Shown here one piece after another: positions 48,435 through 59,406 of a stretch of DNA of 64,000 bases (the stretch's first letter is position 1; each line of letters begins with the position of its first letter). Position numbers and translations under genes: made by a program. The stretch is taken from IMG/VR virus record IMGVR_UViG_3300037067_013648, one strand, 5' to 3'. The notes beneath the pieces are model-generated. The model was not told the origin of the DNA. It saw only the letters and a list, made by a program, of their open reading frames with translations, and ran no database searches. This DNA comes from an uncultured virus (IMG/VR IMGVR_UViG_3300037067_013648). Lineage: Duplodnaviria > Heunggongvirae > Uroviricota > Caudoviricetes.

Positions 48435-49375
48435 AAGTTGGAGTTCTTGGGTCTACTGGTTTTCTTGGACAAAATTTAGTATCTTTTTTGAATGCTAACA
48501 ATATAAATTATATATGTGGCTCTAGAAGATTGAATGGTGATGAAAAAGTTGATGCTACTAATATTGATAATATTAATAATTGGATAAGTAAAAACAATAT
48601 TACTCATATTACTAATTGTGCTGCTGAATGTGGCGGAATTGGATTTAATCAAAAAAATCCTTTTACATTATGGTATAACAATAATCTTATTAATAATAAT
48701 GTTATTATGGCATCAATTGCTAATAAGATTAAGAAATTGGTAATGCTTGGAACAGTTTGTTCTTATTCTAAGAATACACCAGTTCCATTTAAAGAAGAAT
48801 ATTTAATGTCATATGGTTTTCCAGAAGAGACTAACTCTGCTTATGGATTATCAAAATTAAATTCATTATTTGGCGCAAGAGCAGCATATGATCAATATGG
48901 TTTAAATGTTATAAATTTGATACCTGTTAATATGTATGGTCCATATGATCATTTTGATGATGAAAAGTCACATGTTATTCCTGCTATTATTAAAAAAATT
49001 GATAATGCTATAATTAATAATGATAAAAGTATTACTTTATGGGGTGATGGATCAGCTTCTAGAGAATTTTTACATGCCAAAGATTGTTCTGAAGCAATAT
49101 TAAAAGCGTTGGAATATGATAAAGTCTATACTGATTTTATTAATATTGGTACTGGAGAAGAAATAACTATTTATAATTTGGCTGAAATGATAGCTGAAAT
49201 AATGAATTATAATGGTGATATATTATGGAATGAAAATAATTTAAATGGGCAACCTAGAAGATGTTTAGATGTTAGTAGAATTAATAATTTGTTAGGATGG
49301 AAATCAAGTATAAATCTTTACCATGGATTAACCGAAACAATCAAATGGTACAAACAAAATAAGGGAAAATCATGA
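48431..49375 (+). CDS. fcl: GDP-L-fucose synthase (epimerase/reductase)
   Basis: GSTGFLG, AAECGGIG, YGLSK, NMYGPYDHF, SHVIPA, WGDGSASREFLH and GQPRR. Confidence 0.93.
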   Translation: MKVGVLGSTGFLGQNLVSFLNANNINYICGSRRLNGDEKVDATNIDNINNWISKNNITHITNCAAECGGIGFNQKNPFTLWYNNNLINNNVIMASIANKIKKLVMLGTVCSYSKNTPVPFKEEYLMSYGFPEETNSAYGLSKLNSLFGARAAYDQYGLNVINLIPVNMYGPYDHFDDEKSHVIPAIIKKIDNAIINNDKSITLWGDGSASREFLHAKDCSEAILKALEYDKVYTDFINIGTGEEITIYNLAEMIAEIMNYNGDILWNENNLNGQPRRCLDVSRINNLLGWKSSINLYHGLTETIKWYKQNKGKS

Positions 49376-49878
49376 ATTTAATATATGCTCCAGAAGTTGA
49401 TATTTTGTTAAAACAACAAGTAATTGAAAGTGAAGGTGAAGATTGTCCACGATTGCCTTATGCTAGATTAGGTGAAGATCTTGATACAGGTGATGTGAAA
49501 AAAATATGGATATTTCCAAATATAGAAAAGTCTTTTAATAGTATAATTATAAATGATAATTTATCAATTAAGCCATATAAATATTATGTTACTAGTGGTG
49601 AAGCTATTAGAAAAACTGATATATTAATATCTGATATTAAAGAAATAGTTAATCATACTATTAAACCAAATATTTTGGATAAAATTACTAGCTTGCTCAT
49701 TGATCTTGATGAATTTTATAATTTATTGTTAGCTACTAAAGGTCCGGCAAAATATCTTGAATTAACTAAGTGTGAAGACGGTATATATAATGGTAATATT
49801 TGTGCACGAAAGAATCCTAAAAAGAAAAAAGATGATAGTGCAAACACAACTGAGAGTGAAGGTGAAATAGATGACTAA
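49372..49878 (+). CDS. Hypothetical protein
   Basis: 168-aa ORF coupled to fcl. Confidence 0.65.
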   Translation: MNLIYAPEVDILLKQQVIESEGEDCPRLPYARLGEDLDTGDVKKIWIFPNIEKSFNSIIINDNLSIKPYKYYVTSGEAIRKTDILISDIKEIVNHTIKPNILDKITSLLIDLDEFYNLLLATKGPAKYLELTKCEDGIYNGNICARKNPKKKKDDSANTTESEGEIDD

Positions 49879-50095
49879 TGTATCGTTAGAATTAACAGAT
49901 GCTTCAACTAAGTTATTACTTAAAATGTTGAATAATATTCCAATGATGAATCGTGATGCAACTTGGAATCAATTATACAGAGATGTAAAAAGAATAGATA
50001 GTATATGGTCAAGAATAGAAAAAGAAATTAAATTAAATATTCAAGCTAAAGGTATGATTAAGCAGAAGCCTAAAATACAGTCTGATAAAATATAA
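49871..50095 (+). CDS. Small hypothetical protein
   Basis: 74-aa ORF. Confidence 0.55.
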   Translation: MTNVSLELTDASTKLLLKMLNNIPMMNRDATWNQLYRDVKRIDSIWSRIEKEIKLNIQAKGMIKQKPKIQSDKI

Positions 50096-50116
50096 TACAG
50101 AATACAGAGATAAAAC

Positions 50117-51850
50117 ATGCCAACCATTTCTCCTAGCCTTATTCCAACAGTAAATCCTGGATCGTTATTTAATTTGTTAACTACTAATAATAGTTTAGCT
50201 GTTAGATGGTTAACTCAGATTGATCCTCATTATTTTGACGTTTATAATAGACCAATGGCTGATATAGTTGTACGTCAATTAATTATAGCTAAATCGCTTG
50301 ATCAAGTTGGATTGAGACTTAGCCACCAAGGATTATTCCCATTTCTTATTAATCCTACTGTTGACGTTGGTACTAGTAAAATTTCCTTACCAATATCTTG
50401 GATATGGGATTGTCATCCATCATTAAAAGATACTTATAAATCATTAAGACTTGCTAGAATTATAAGGCTTGATGGTGAGAATAATCCGACTGGTAGTTCA
50501 GGTGGCACTAGTGGAACATATACTGGAACATTCAGATTAGTATTTACTGGAGAATCAGCTTCGTCAACAAGTGAAGTTGGATTATTTTATGCTGATTATA
50601 AAATTGACAGTACATTATCGTTTCAGATTATTAAAATAGTTCCTTGCACTACTTCTGAATTTAATCCTGCTATTCCTACTACTGAATATAGTACTATCAC
50701 TGGATATTTGATATTTAGAACTCTTGATCCTGATACTGAAGGTGATTTCATTAATTCGTTACCACCTACTATTGGATCATCTGGTATAATTCCGGCTATT
50801 TATGAAATATCTGATAGTGTTACTGGTGGAACTAGTGTTGAAGGTGATTATACTTATCCTTCTATTGTTCATGGTACTGGTATGTTAGTTGCAAGTGCTT
50901 ATAATTTAATACCAGCTATAGCTGTTGATTATTCTTCTATACTTAATACTATTGGATATCCTTGGCGTATTGATGTTAATCTTAATTCAACTGAATCATC
51001 TTCTTCTAGTGTCGTTTCTATTCCAATTGGATTATTTAGTCAATTTATGATGGCTGCTCCTGTTGGTGATAGAAATAGTAGTGTTGATGAAGAAGATTTT
51101 CCGGTATATTGCACTAGAATTCGTAGATTAGATGCTGAAGCTAACAAGATTCAGATGATATTTTCTACTTATAGCACTATACCTGGTGATACTAGCAAAC
51201 AACTTATTGAATTTGCTTCACTTACTTTAACTCGTAATAGTGTTCCTGGAACTATTGTTGAAATTACTCCTTTTAAGAACCTTAGAGATAATTCTTCATC
51301 TGATTGGCAAACATTTAATCAGAATTTTGGTTCTGGATATGTTATGTTGAGTGACTCATGGAGTACTGATAGTTCTATTAATGAATTCTTTGATACGTTC
51401 TTACAATTAATTAATGATCCTGCTGATAGATTATTCGAAGCTATACTTGGCGAATTTGCTTTACATCGTAGTCCAATGCAGATTCCAACTGTTGGTGAGT
51501 CTGCTGCGTTAGTTGGTTCTACTGCTCGTAGAGAGACACCTATTCATCCTTCTGATGCTAACAGATATGTAACTGAATCAGATATTGGAATTGGTGATAA
51601 AGTTGATTTCACTGCTGAAGGATTTGTTCCTAATACTGATATTGATCAGTATGGTTATACTGGATCATTGCTTTGTAGATCTGTAGTTTTAAGAGTAAAT
51701 TCTGCAAATGATGCTAATTTTAATTATGATACTGATATTTTGCCAAGGCTTAAAAAATTATTAGGTAGGGATCCAGTACAATCTGACGAATGGTTCGATG
51801 GCACTGTTTGGAAGAAGTTTGATAGTTTGAGTGGTACTTGGATTGGTTAA
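50117..51850 (+). CDS. Probable virion structural protein
   Basis: 577 aa, Ser/Thr/Gly-rich; AAATATA motif upstream. Confidence 0.65.
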   Translation: MPTISPSLIPTVNPGSLFNLLTTNNSLAVRWLTQIDPHYFDVYNRPMADIVVRQLIIAKSLDQVGLRLSHQGLFPFLINPTVDVGTSKISLPISWIWDCHPSLKDTYKSLRLARIIRLDGENNPTGSSGGTSGTYTGTFRLVFTGESASSTSEVGLFYADYKIDSTLSFQIIKIVPCTTSEFNPAIPTTEYSTITGYLIFRTLDPDTEGDFINSLPPTIGSSGIIPAIYEISDSVTGGTSVEGDYTYPSIVHGTGMLVASAYNLIPAIAVDYSSILNTIGYPWRIDVNLNSTESSSSSVVSIPIGLFSQFMMAAPVGDRNSSVDEEDFPVYCTRIRRLDAEANKIQMIFSTYSTIPGDTSKQLIEFASLTLTRNSVPGTIVEITPFKNLRDNSSSDWQTFNQNFGSGYVMLSDSWSTDSSINEFFDTFLQLINDPADRLFEAILGEFALHRSPMQIPTVGESAALVGSTARRETPIHPSDANRYVTESDIGIGDKVDFTAEGFVPNTDIDQYGYTGSLLCRSVVLRVNSANDANFNYDTDILPRLKKLLGRDPVQSDEWFDGTVWKKFDSLSGTWIG

Positions 51851-53219
51851 TAAATATATAATATTTGATGATAAAAATAAAAGAAATGAATTAATAATAA
51901 AATTATACAACGAAGGTAATGGTACATCAAAAATATCAAATATTGTTGGAATAACAAAAAGAAATGTTTCTAAAATATTAAAAAAGAATAATATTAATAT
52001 TAGAAATATACAACCAAAAACAATATTTGATATTGATAAATTTATAAAATTGTACAATAGTGGACTGACATTTACTAAAATAGCTGAAAGATTCAATACT
52101 ACAAGATCTACTGTTTCAAGATTAATAAAAAATAAAATTAATTTTATTCCTACACAAATTAGACTAGAAATATTAGATAATACAGAAAAAGAATTAATTA
52201 AAAATGAATATTTAAATAAAAAATCAATATATGAAATATCAGAAATTATTAAAAAACATCCAGAAATAATTAGACGTTATCTTAAAAGACAGAATTTAAT
52301 CAGATCATTTGAAGAACGTAAAAAATTGGCTTCTATAAAATTATCAAATAAATTATTTAAATCATCTCTGCACAAATATGTAGAAAAAATTTTAAATTAT
52401 TTAAATATAAAATATGAAAATGAATTTAATATTGATGGATGGTTATTTGATATATACATTCCTGAATTAAAAATACTAATAGAAATTCAAGGAGAATATT
52501 GGCATAAATTAAAGAATAGAATTCAACGAGATATTAAGAAAAGAAAAATAGCTAAAAGTAATGGATATATTATTAAATATTTTATGGAATCATACAAAGA
52601 TAGAAAAGAATTTAGTTTGAATTTATTAAAATATTGGACTAAAACTTCTAAAATAATTAATTTTAATTTTAAAGATATAAAAATCAAATTAGATAATAAT
52701 GGTTATGATTTAATAAATGAATTTCATTATTGTGGAAATTATAATAAGAAGGGGATATGTTTATGTGGTTTTGTTGGACAAGAATTGATTGCATCAGCAT
52801 TATTTTCTAGTCCAACAAAGCAAAATACTAATAAAATATTGGAATTGACTAGGTTTATTATTAATCCAAAATATCAAGTTAAAAATTTGGCATCATACTT
52901 TTTATCTAAATGTATTAAATATGTATTTAATAGTTTTAAAGATATCAAAAAATTAATATCTTTTACTGATCAAACATATGGATATGATGGGACTATTTAT
53001 AAAGCAACAAATTGGGTATTTGATGGATATACAAAGCCTGATTATTGGTATCAAACTAATTCTAGAAATATAATGCATAAAAAAGTTGTACGCAACAGAG
53101 CTAAAAATTCTGGGTTAAAAGAATCTAAATATGTTAAAATTAATAATTTAATAAAAGTTTTTGATTTACCAAAAATTAGATGGGTGTACAACAATATGTC
53201 AAATTTAAATTGTGAGTGA
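51831..53219 (+). CDS. HTH repeats, DUF559/Vsr-like nuclease and Mom-like GNAT domain fusion
   Basis: FDIYIPELKILIEIQGEYWH; LELTRF..NLASYFLS..LISFTD..GTIYKATNW. Confidence 0.75.
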   Translation: MVLGLVNKYIIFDDKNKRNELIIKLYNEGNGTSKISNIVGITKRNVSKILKKNNINIRNIQPKTIFDIDKFIKLYNSGLTFTKIAERFNTTRSTVSRLIKNKINFIPTQIRLEILDNTEKELIKNEYLNKKSIYEISEIIKKHPEIIRRYLKRQNLIRSFEERKKLASIKLSNKLFKSSLHKYVEKILNYLNIKYENEFNIDGWLFDIYIPELKILIEIQGEYWHKLKNRIQRDIKKRKIAKSNGYIIKYFMESYKDRKEFSLNLLKYWTKTSKIINFNFKDIKIKLDNNGYDLINEFHYCGNYNKKGICLCGFVGQELIASALFSSPTKQNTNKILELTRFIINPKYQVKNLASYFLSKCIKYVFNSFKDIKKLISFTDQTYGYDGTIYKATNWVFDGYTKPDYWYQTNSRNIMHKKVVRNRAKNSGLKESKYVKINNLIKVFDLPKIRWVYNNMSNLNCE

Positions 53220-54126
53220 TCCTCAGACTAATCTTCAAGATTACGTCCCGTTGCTGAAAGCATGGGGCGAATTACGTGATTTTGCTATATGGGGTATTAT
53301 AATACTTGGTATATTAATAGCTGTTTGTTTTATAATTTATATTTATAATCAATCTAAAAATACTAAAGCATCATTAGATTCTAAAAATCGTAGAGCTAAA
53401 GCTATTGCTGAATCTAATGATAGGTTAAGTGATAGTATAGAATCTTCAAAAGAAATGATTATTAAATTATCATCTGTTGTTAGTAATAATAAAAATATTA
53501 ATGAAGATATGATTTGGCCCGCTGTTAATATTATTAAGGATGAAATAAGCAAATTATCTAGTAAAGTAACTGGTACAATTGATCAACATGATGCTCTTAA
53601 TATTATAAGAATAGTTTTTCTTAAAGCTGTTTATTATGAAATTCGTGATCATATGAGTGATTTAATGTTTGTAAAAGAAGCAGATTTTAAGAATAGGGAA
53701 CAATATTTTGCTGATAAAGTTAGAACCAGTATTGGTGAAACATTAAGTAAGTATAAAAGCTTTTTATCTAATTTTAAATTAGATATTAATTATAATGTAT
53801 TTTTTAAGCTTGATTCAACTGAATCAAAAGAAAGATTTTTATTAGTTGATATTATATGGTCAGAAGTTAATGGATATTTAATATCGCAATTAAAACCTGA
53901 ACAGAAATATGAAGAAATATCATTGAAATTATTTAATATTATTAAAGATTATGTTAATACAATTATATCTGAAGAATTTGAATCTGGACAGTCAAGTGGT
54001 GCAAATAAGTTACACCAAGAATCAAGACATCAAGATAAATACCAATCATCAGAGTGGAATGTTACTAAATCATCTGCTAATCCTGTATTATTTAAATCTT
54101 CTGAATTGTTTAAAACTGATTTTTAA
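53212..54126 (+). CDS. Single-TM membrane protein
   Basis: FAIWGIIILGILIAVCFIIYIY followed by a coiled coil. Confidence 0.65.
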   Translation: MSDPQTNLQDYVPLLKAWGELRDFAIWGIIILGILIAVCFIIYIYNQSKNTKASLDSKNRRAKAIAESNDRLSDSIESSKEMIIKLSSVVSNNKNINEDMIWPAVNIIKDEISKLSSKVTGTIDQHDALNIIRIVFLKAVYYEIRDHMSDLMFVKEADFKNREQYFADKVRTSIGETLSKYKSFLSNFKLDINYNVFFKLDSTESKERFLLVDIIWSEVNGYLISQLKPEQKYEEISLKLFNIIKDYVNTIISEEFESGQSSGANKLHQESRHQDKYQSSEWNVTKSSANPVLFKSSELFKTDF

Positions 54127-54156
54127 TTTTCTTTTAATTTCAAATATATATAGAAT

Positions 54157-55995
54157 ATGAGTATTACAGAATTACCAGTTGTTCCATTTGATGGGATGAA
54201 TTTTATAGATGCTTGGAGACGTAAATGGGAATATAATTCTGAAACTGGTACTTGGTTATTTAAAGGATATCTTCCTAAGATTCCACTAGCTGATGAAAAT
54301 ACTATTGGATTACTTAGCTCTAATTTGAAAACATTGCTTGATTCTATTCCAGAAAAAGCTGGTGGATTTGGAATATTAACAAAGTTTTCATTTGGTAAAG
54401 TAATAGGAGATGGTTTAAATGGATTAATGACTGGTAATATTATTTTGAAATCTAATACTTTAGATATAAAATGTAGAGATCAAAATGGCAAATTAATAAC
54501 AAAAACATGTAATAATGTAGTTAGTTCTCCTGATGCTAATTTAATACCATCAATAGATATAAATTTTGGATCAGATTTTCTTGATACTTTGTGTATTGAA
54601 GTTCCTGGCGGTGCTGGTCCTAAAGGTTTAAAAGGATTAACTGGACCAGATGGAGAAGATGGATTTGGTGATGGCCCTCAAGGATTACAGGGTGACCCTG
54701 GTAAAGATGCTACTGGTATTTCTGAGGTTTCTGGTATTACTATTGAAATAGATGATTCTTTTTATGATACTGCTGTTGTTAATGTTGAACTTGATCAAAT
54801 TAATTCAATATTATCAGTTACTAAAGCTAAATTAGCTGTTCCAGACGATTCTACTCCTGCTGATAAATTGATTGTAATGCCTATAATTAGAACTCTTGAA
54901 TTTGGTGACGGTACTAATTATACTATAATTGCTCCTGCTGGTGAGAATCTTGGATTACCAGGTGATGTTGGTATTTTAGCATATCCTACTGATTTTGATC
55001 CAGAAGAACAAAATAGCGATGTTGAAATGTCAAGAAAATCTTTATCAAGTTTTATTGATAAAATTATAACAAAATATCAAATATTATATGATAAATATAT
55101 TATTGAATATGATAAAGAAATAAAAGATTTTATTTATAGCAAAGATGATGAAGCAAGAAAAGTTCTTGATACTTTAGTTGCTCAATTAGCTGCTAAACAA
55201 TTCAGTGAAACATTTGAATATTGTATGGGACTTGCTGATAATGGCGTTTGTGGTCAACAAATGCTTAAAGCAATGAATGAATTAGTAGTATCAGTGCAAT
55301 CAATAGAGAGACTTCTTGCCATTATTGCCTCTAATACTACACCTAGTGGTGATGTTACTGCTGAACCAGCATCAATATATGATTTAAATTCATTAAATTC
55401 TATACAATCAGAAATAAGTAATGTTATTAGTACTAAGACTAGTTTTGTTAATTTTGCTATATCATCTCAATCAACATATACTTCTGATATTTGTAATTAT
55501 GCTCCACAGATATTAGAAGCTAGTGGTGAAATAACATACAATGATGTATGTCCAGATATTCAGAGTCAATCTCTTGGTAATATTGAAGTAATTCCTGGTC
55601 ATAAATATAATATTAAGAATGGTATAGGTGGTACTGAACTTCCAAGTGGTGCATATATTGTACAATATACTGGTGGTGCTATATATGATAGTTCGCAGCA
55701 AGATTGTGGATATGTGGTTGGATCTGGTGGTGTAACTCGTGGTTTAGTACTTAATATTGAAACTGGTGGTATTATTAAGAAAATTCCAATGCCTATGTCT
55801 TCTCAGATATCTGATCCGCATGATAAAACTCAAGTAATAAATTCATATTTAACTGGTCCTATAACAGAAATGGCAATTGGTTCATTTGCTAGTGATGGTG
55901 ATAAAATGTGGTTAGAAGTAATAGTTGGAGATAATCAACATGCATCTGGTAGTATAAATGTTGCAGTAAGATACTGCGCAAGGTGTGCACAATGA
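54157..55995 (+). CDS. Collagen-repeat fibre protein
   Basis: GPKGLKGLTGPDGEDG...GPQGLQGDPGKD; IPLADENTIGLLS motif. Confidence 0.75.
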   Translation: MSITELPVVPFDGMNFIDAWRRKWEYNSETGTWLFKGYLPKIPLADENTIGLLSSNLKTLLDSIPEKAGGFGILTKFSFGKVIGDGLNGLMTGNIILKSNTLDIKCRDQNGKLITKTCNNVVSSPDANLIPSIDINFGSDFLDTLCIEVPGGAGPKGLKGLTGPDGEDGFGDGPQGLQGDPGKDATGISEVSGITIEIDDSFYDTAVVNVELDQINSILSVTKAKLAVPDDSTPADKLIVMPIIRTLEFGDGTNYTIIAPAGENLGLPGDVGILAYPTDFDPEEQNSDVEMSRKSLSSFIDKIITKYQILYDKYIIEYDKEIKDFIYSKDDEARKVLDTLVAQLAAKQFSETFEYCMGLADNGVCGQQMLKAMNELVVSVQSIERLLAIIASNTTPSGDVTAEPASIYDLNSLNSIQSEISNVISTKTSFVNFAISSQSTYTSDICNYAPQILEASGEITYNDVCPDIQSQSLGNIEVIPGHKYNIKNGIGGTELPSGAYIVQYTGGAIYDSSQQDCGYVVGSGGVTRGLVLNIETGGIIKKIPMPMSSQISDPHDKTQVINSYLTGPITEMAIGSFASDGDKMWLEVIVGDNQHASGSINVAVRYCARCAQ

Positions 55996-58799
55996 TAGAC
56001 TTTCCATCAAATCCAACTAATGGTGATGTATTCGAATATACATCTGGAATATACTATCAATATAATTCACAAACTAAATCATGGAAGAAGATTGTAGGTT
56101 TGTCATCAGTACCATTAGCTACACCTAATAATGATGGATTGATGTCTAAGGATGATTTTAAAAAATTACAATCATTAATGATACCACCACCACAGACAAC
56201 GCTTACTGCTGATGAATGTAATACGACATTTAAAGAAGGAATTATAAAGATAGAAAGTACTAATAATGATCTTAATATAGCTACAAGTTTGAACGTTTTA
56301 AATAATTCACAGTCTGAAAAAGTTGATTTTATTATTCATGAAAATACCTTTGGTATTGATTTTACTATTAATATTAATAGACTAATTGAAGAATTACAGA
56401 CAAGAGGAAAGATTAAATATCGTGCTGTTATTGGTCCTCAAGGAGATCAAGGAGATAGGGGTAAACCAGGACGTGATAGAATTGAAACAGGTCCACGTGG
56501 ATTGAAAGGTAAGGATGGTTCTAATGCACCATTTACGGGTACTCTTGTTCAAGATTTTTCTACTGTTGATCAAACTAAAATTAAAAAAGTAGTAGTTGAT
56601 ATTAAAAATGATCCTGATGATCCAAAAAAATTAATAGTAGTATTTGGTAATATTGGAAATCTTACAGCTTGTCCAAATAGGGTGCATTGGAAAAATAAGA
56701 ATACTCCATGGCTTGTTGCTGTTAAAGATAAAATTGGTCCATGTAAGTTCCCATCTGGATGTTATAAAAATGTTTGTGCATCAGATATTTATTATATTGA
56801 TACTACTACTATTCAGGAACAAATTAAAAATAGATTTATTGAATTATTAGCAGCAGTTAAACTTGATAAAGAAGTTACAGTTAAAAATTGGCTGAATGCA
56901 ATGATTGAGATGTTTAATAGTCAGAAACAGGCTTTATGTTGTGCAATAGAAGCTATAGATAGTAAACAGAGAAACCAGAATATTAGAGATTCTTGGTCGA
57001 TGGCTAGATATGCTGCTGCTCAATCAATGTATGCTTTTAAATTGACTAGTGATGATGATAAAAAATATCCATATTCTGAACAGCAACAAACACCATATGA
57101 TTTCTTATCTGGCTATTCTCCACAAAAAGGAAGTGCAGTATTTAATGGTACTGATCCAGATATTTTTAATTGTAGTGATTGTTTCTTAATTGTTGATTTA
57201 TTAGGATATAATATTGGTCAAACAAGACCTATATCTGTTGATTTACCTGCTGGAAGCTATATTTCAACAATAGTTCAATGTTGTTCTGATTTTGAAAATG
57301 TTGGTAGTTCTGGAAGATATTCAATAAAATTTGTTGATAAAGATGCCGATAACAATTCATATTATAATACATATATTTCAACAAATAAAGGGTATCTTGA
57401 TAGTGCTCAAGCTAATGCTGCATATACTGGCGAAAGCATGGCATTTAAGCATTATGGTGGAACTGTTTCATTTTTCCTTACACCACCACCGCCTAATAGC
57501 AGTCCAGTTAGTTTAAGTGGTGGTGTAAAACTTTGTATTCAACCAACTAAATGTTTTGAAGCATGTAAATCTGGCAATCCGACTGATATTACTGGTGTGA
57601 CAACTGTTACTGATCAAACTGCTGCTGAATTGCCAGCATCATATATTAGGGCATCACATGCTGAATTTTATGAACGTGGTTGGCGTATTGGTAAAGCATG
57701 TGCTGCACATACATCAATAATAGGAACTCAATTTATTGTTGTTTATAGAAGTATTGGTGCAGATGTTAGTTGTGGTGGTGGTGAATATCCAAATACACCA
57801 TTTATTAAATATTTTAATGATCAATTAGGTGAACAGGTTGCAGTTGCATGGCCGACAATTGATGGAGATGGGTTTTTCGGATTGCCAAGGGATGATGGTA
57901 ATATAAAGATTCAACTTGTTTATGATCAAGACTTATCAGATATGATAGTTAATAATATTAAGAATGATGTAGTGTTTAAGACTATAGGTGATCCAAAGAA
58001 TCATATTACAAAAGTAGTAGTTCCAATTCTTGAATCTGGATATACTGATGGTACTTCTGATCCATCAACTCCTGATGTATTAAAAGCTGGTATTAAATGG
58101 TCATTTAATACCACTGATCCTCTTAAACCAGTATCAATAATTGACGATAGTAAAGTTTGTCATACTGGTGATTGTATTAGTTCTGGTGGATCATACCAGA
58201 TAACTCAGGGGACTATGCAAGCTATTTCTGGACAATCATATTTTAATTGGATAATAAATTGGAATGTTGCTAAGAAATTATTAATATCATATGATGTATT
58301 CTTAACTAGTTCTAAATGTATATCTGCTTGGTATAAACATACTAGTGTTACTAATACTGATATAGAAATATATATGGGTCATACTGATAATACTTTGGCG
58401 TATAGTTATGGAAGTTATCTTATTAAGTTATACATAAGCGGTACAAAAGATAGTGATTCGGAGTGTCACGGTATAGTATTGGTGACACAGAAAGGTTCAG
58501 ATCAGGCTCCAGGTACCATTTCATTCCAATTTGCCCTTCCGAGATATATTCCTGCGGATTCTTGGACACATGTAGTGTTCAATAGAATATCAGATAGATA
58601 TATTAGTCTTTATATTAATGGTGAAAAAATTGGAACTATTGGACCAGTAGCAATAGGGACTGGTGAATACAAATGGGGTCCTGATTCTCATGGATTTAGA
58701 ATTACTACTAAATATTTTGATCAATTTAGATTATATAATGATAAATTAACTGATGATGATATTAGCAATTTATATTTAAGAGGAAGATCAGTAAATTAG
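55992..58799 (+). CDS. Collagen-repeat fibre protein with a C-terminal LamG/ConA domain
   Basis: FPSNPTNGD N-terminus; ATPNNDGLMSKDD; GPQGDQGDRGKPG; WTHVVF..LYINGE..FDQFRLYN. Confidence 0.8.
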   Translation: MIDFPSNPTNGDVFEYTSGIYYQYNSQTKSWKKIVGLSSVPLATPNNDGLMSKDDFKKLQSLMIPPPQTTLTADECNTTFKEGIIKIESTNNDLNIATSLNVLNNSQSEKVDFIIHENTFGIDFTININRLIEELQTRGKIKYRAVIGPQGDQGDRGKPGRDRIETGPRGLKGKDGSNAPFTGTLVQDFSTVDQTKIKKVVVDIKNDPDDPKKLIVVFGNIGNLTACPNRVHWKNKNTPWLVAVKDKIGPCKFPSGCYKNVCASDIYYIDTTTIQEQIKNRFIELLAAVKLDKEVTVKNWLNAMIEMFNSQKQALCCAIEAIDSKQRNQNIRDSWSMARYAAAQSMYAFKLTSDDDKKYPYSEQQQTPYDFLSGYSPQKGSAVFNGTDPDIFNCSDCFLIVDLLGYNIGQTRPISVDLPAGSYISTIVQCCSDFENVGSSGRYSIKFVDKDADNNSYYNTYISTNKGYLDSAQANAAYTGESMAFKHYGGTVSFFLTPPPPNSSPVSLSGGVKLCIQPTKCFEACKSGNPTDITGVTTVTDQTAAELPASYIRASHAEFYERGWRIGKACAAHTSIIGTQFIVVYRSIGADVSCGGGEYPNTPFIKYFNDQLGEQVAVAWPTIDGDGFFGLPRDDGNIKIQLVYDQDLSDMIVNNIKNDVVFKTIGDPKNHITKVVVPILESGYTDGTSDPSTPDVLKAGIKWSFNTTDPLKPVSIIDDSKVCHTGDCISSGGSYQITQGTMQAISGQSYFNWIINWNVAKKLLISYDVFLTSSKCISAWYKHTSVTNTDIEIYMGHTDNTLAYSYGSYLIKLYISGTKDSDSECHGIVLVTQKGSDQAPGTISFQFALPRYIPADSWTHVVFNRISDRYISLYINGEKIGTIGPVAIGTGEYKWGPDSHGFRITTKYFDQFRLYNDKLTDDDISNLYLRGRSVN

Positions 58800-58809
58800 T
58801 ATATAATAT

Positions 58810-59406
58810 ATGAAAATTGATATTACTAGATTTTGTGGATTATCACGTAGAGAAGATTTCCAAAATTGGTTAAAATCTATATCTATAGATTATTATAATG
58901 AATTAATAAATCATTTGAAACTTGGTAAATCTTGTGGTAGTAATAAATCTAAAATGGAAGAAATATATAGTAAATTAGAAAAAGACAATAAAGTTGAATT
59001 GATGATAAAATTTTTAAGTGATAAATATCCACATATATTAATATATGATAATAATTCTAAAAATAAGAATAGTTTAGTTAAAATAGAAAAAGAACCTAAG
59101 AAGATTGAAAAACTTAATTTAAGCTTAAATGAATTAAATTATCATAAAGTATTTCCAAAATATAAGCCAGGAATAATGTTGTTACCACATCAAATGATTT
59201 TAATAGATTATAACGAAAAAGCTTTAGAGAACAGAATTATTGAATTTATTAGAAATAAAATTCAAACTGATTATTTAATACTTAAAGGTCCAAAATTTTA
59301 TCATGGATATATTGAATATTTTGAAAGAAGATTCAATAGTGATGCTGTTAAATATCAAGTAAATAATAGACCTATATTTTTATACAAGAAAAATAATTTA
59401 AAATAA
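58810..59406 (+). CDS. Hypothetical protein
   Basis: 198-aa ORF. Confidence 0.6.
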   Translation: MKIDITRFCGLSRREDFQNWLKSISIDYYNELINHLKLGKSCGSNKSKMEEIYSKLEKDNKVELMIKFLSDKYPHILIYDNNSKNKNSLVKIEKEPKKIEKLNLSLNELNYHKVFPKYKPGIMLLPHQMILIDYNEKALENRIIEFIRNKIQTDYLILKGPKFYHGYIEYFERRFNSDAVKYQVNNRPIFLYKKNNLK

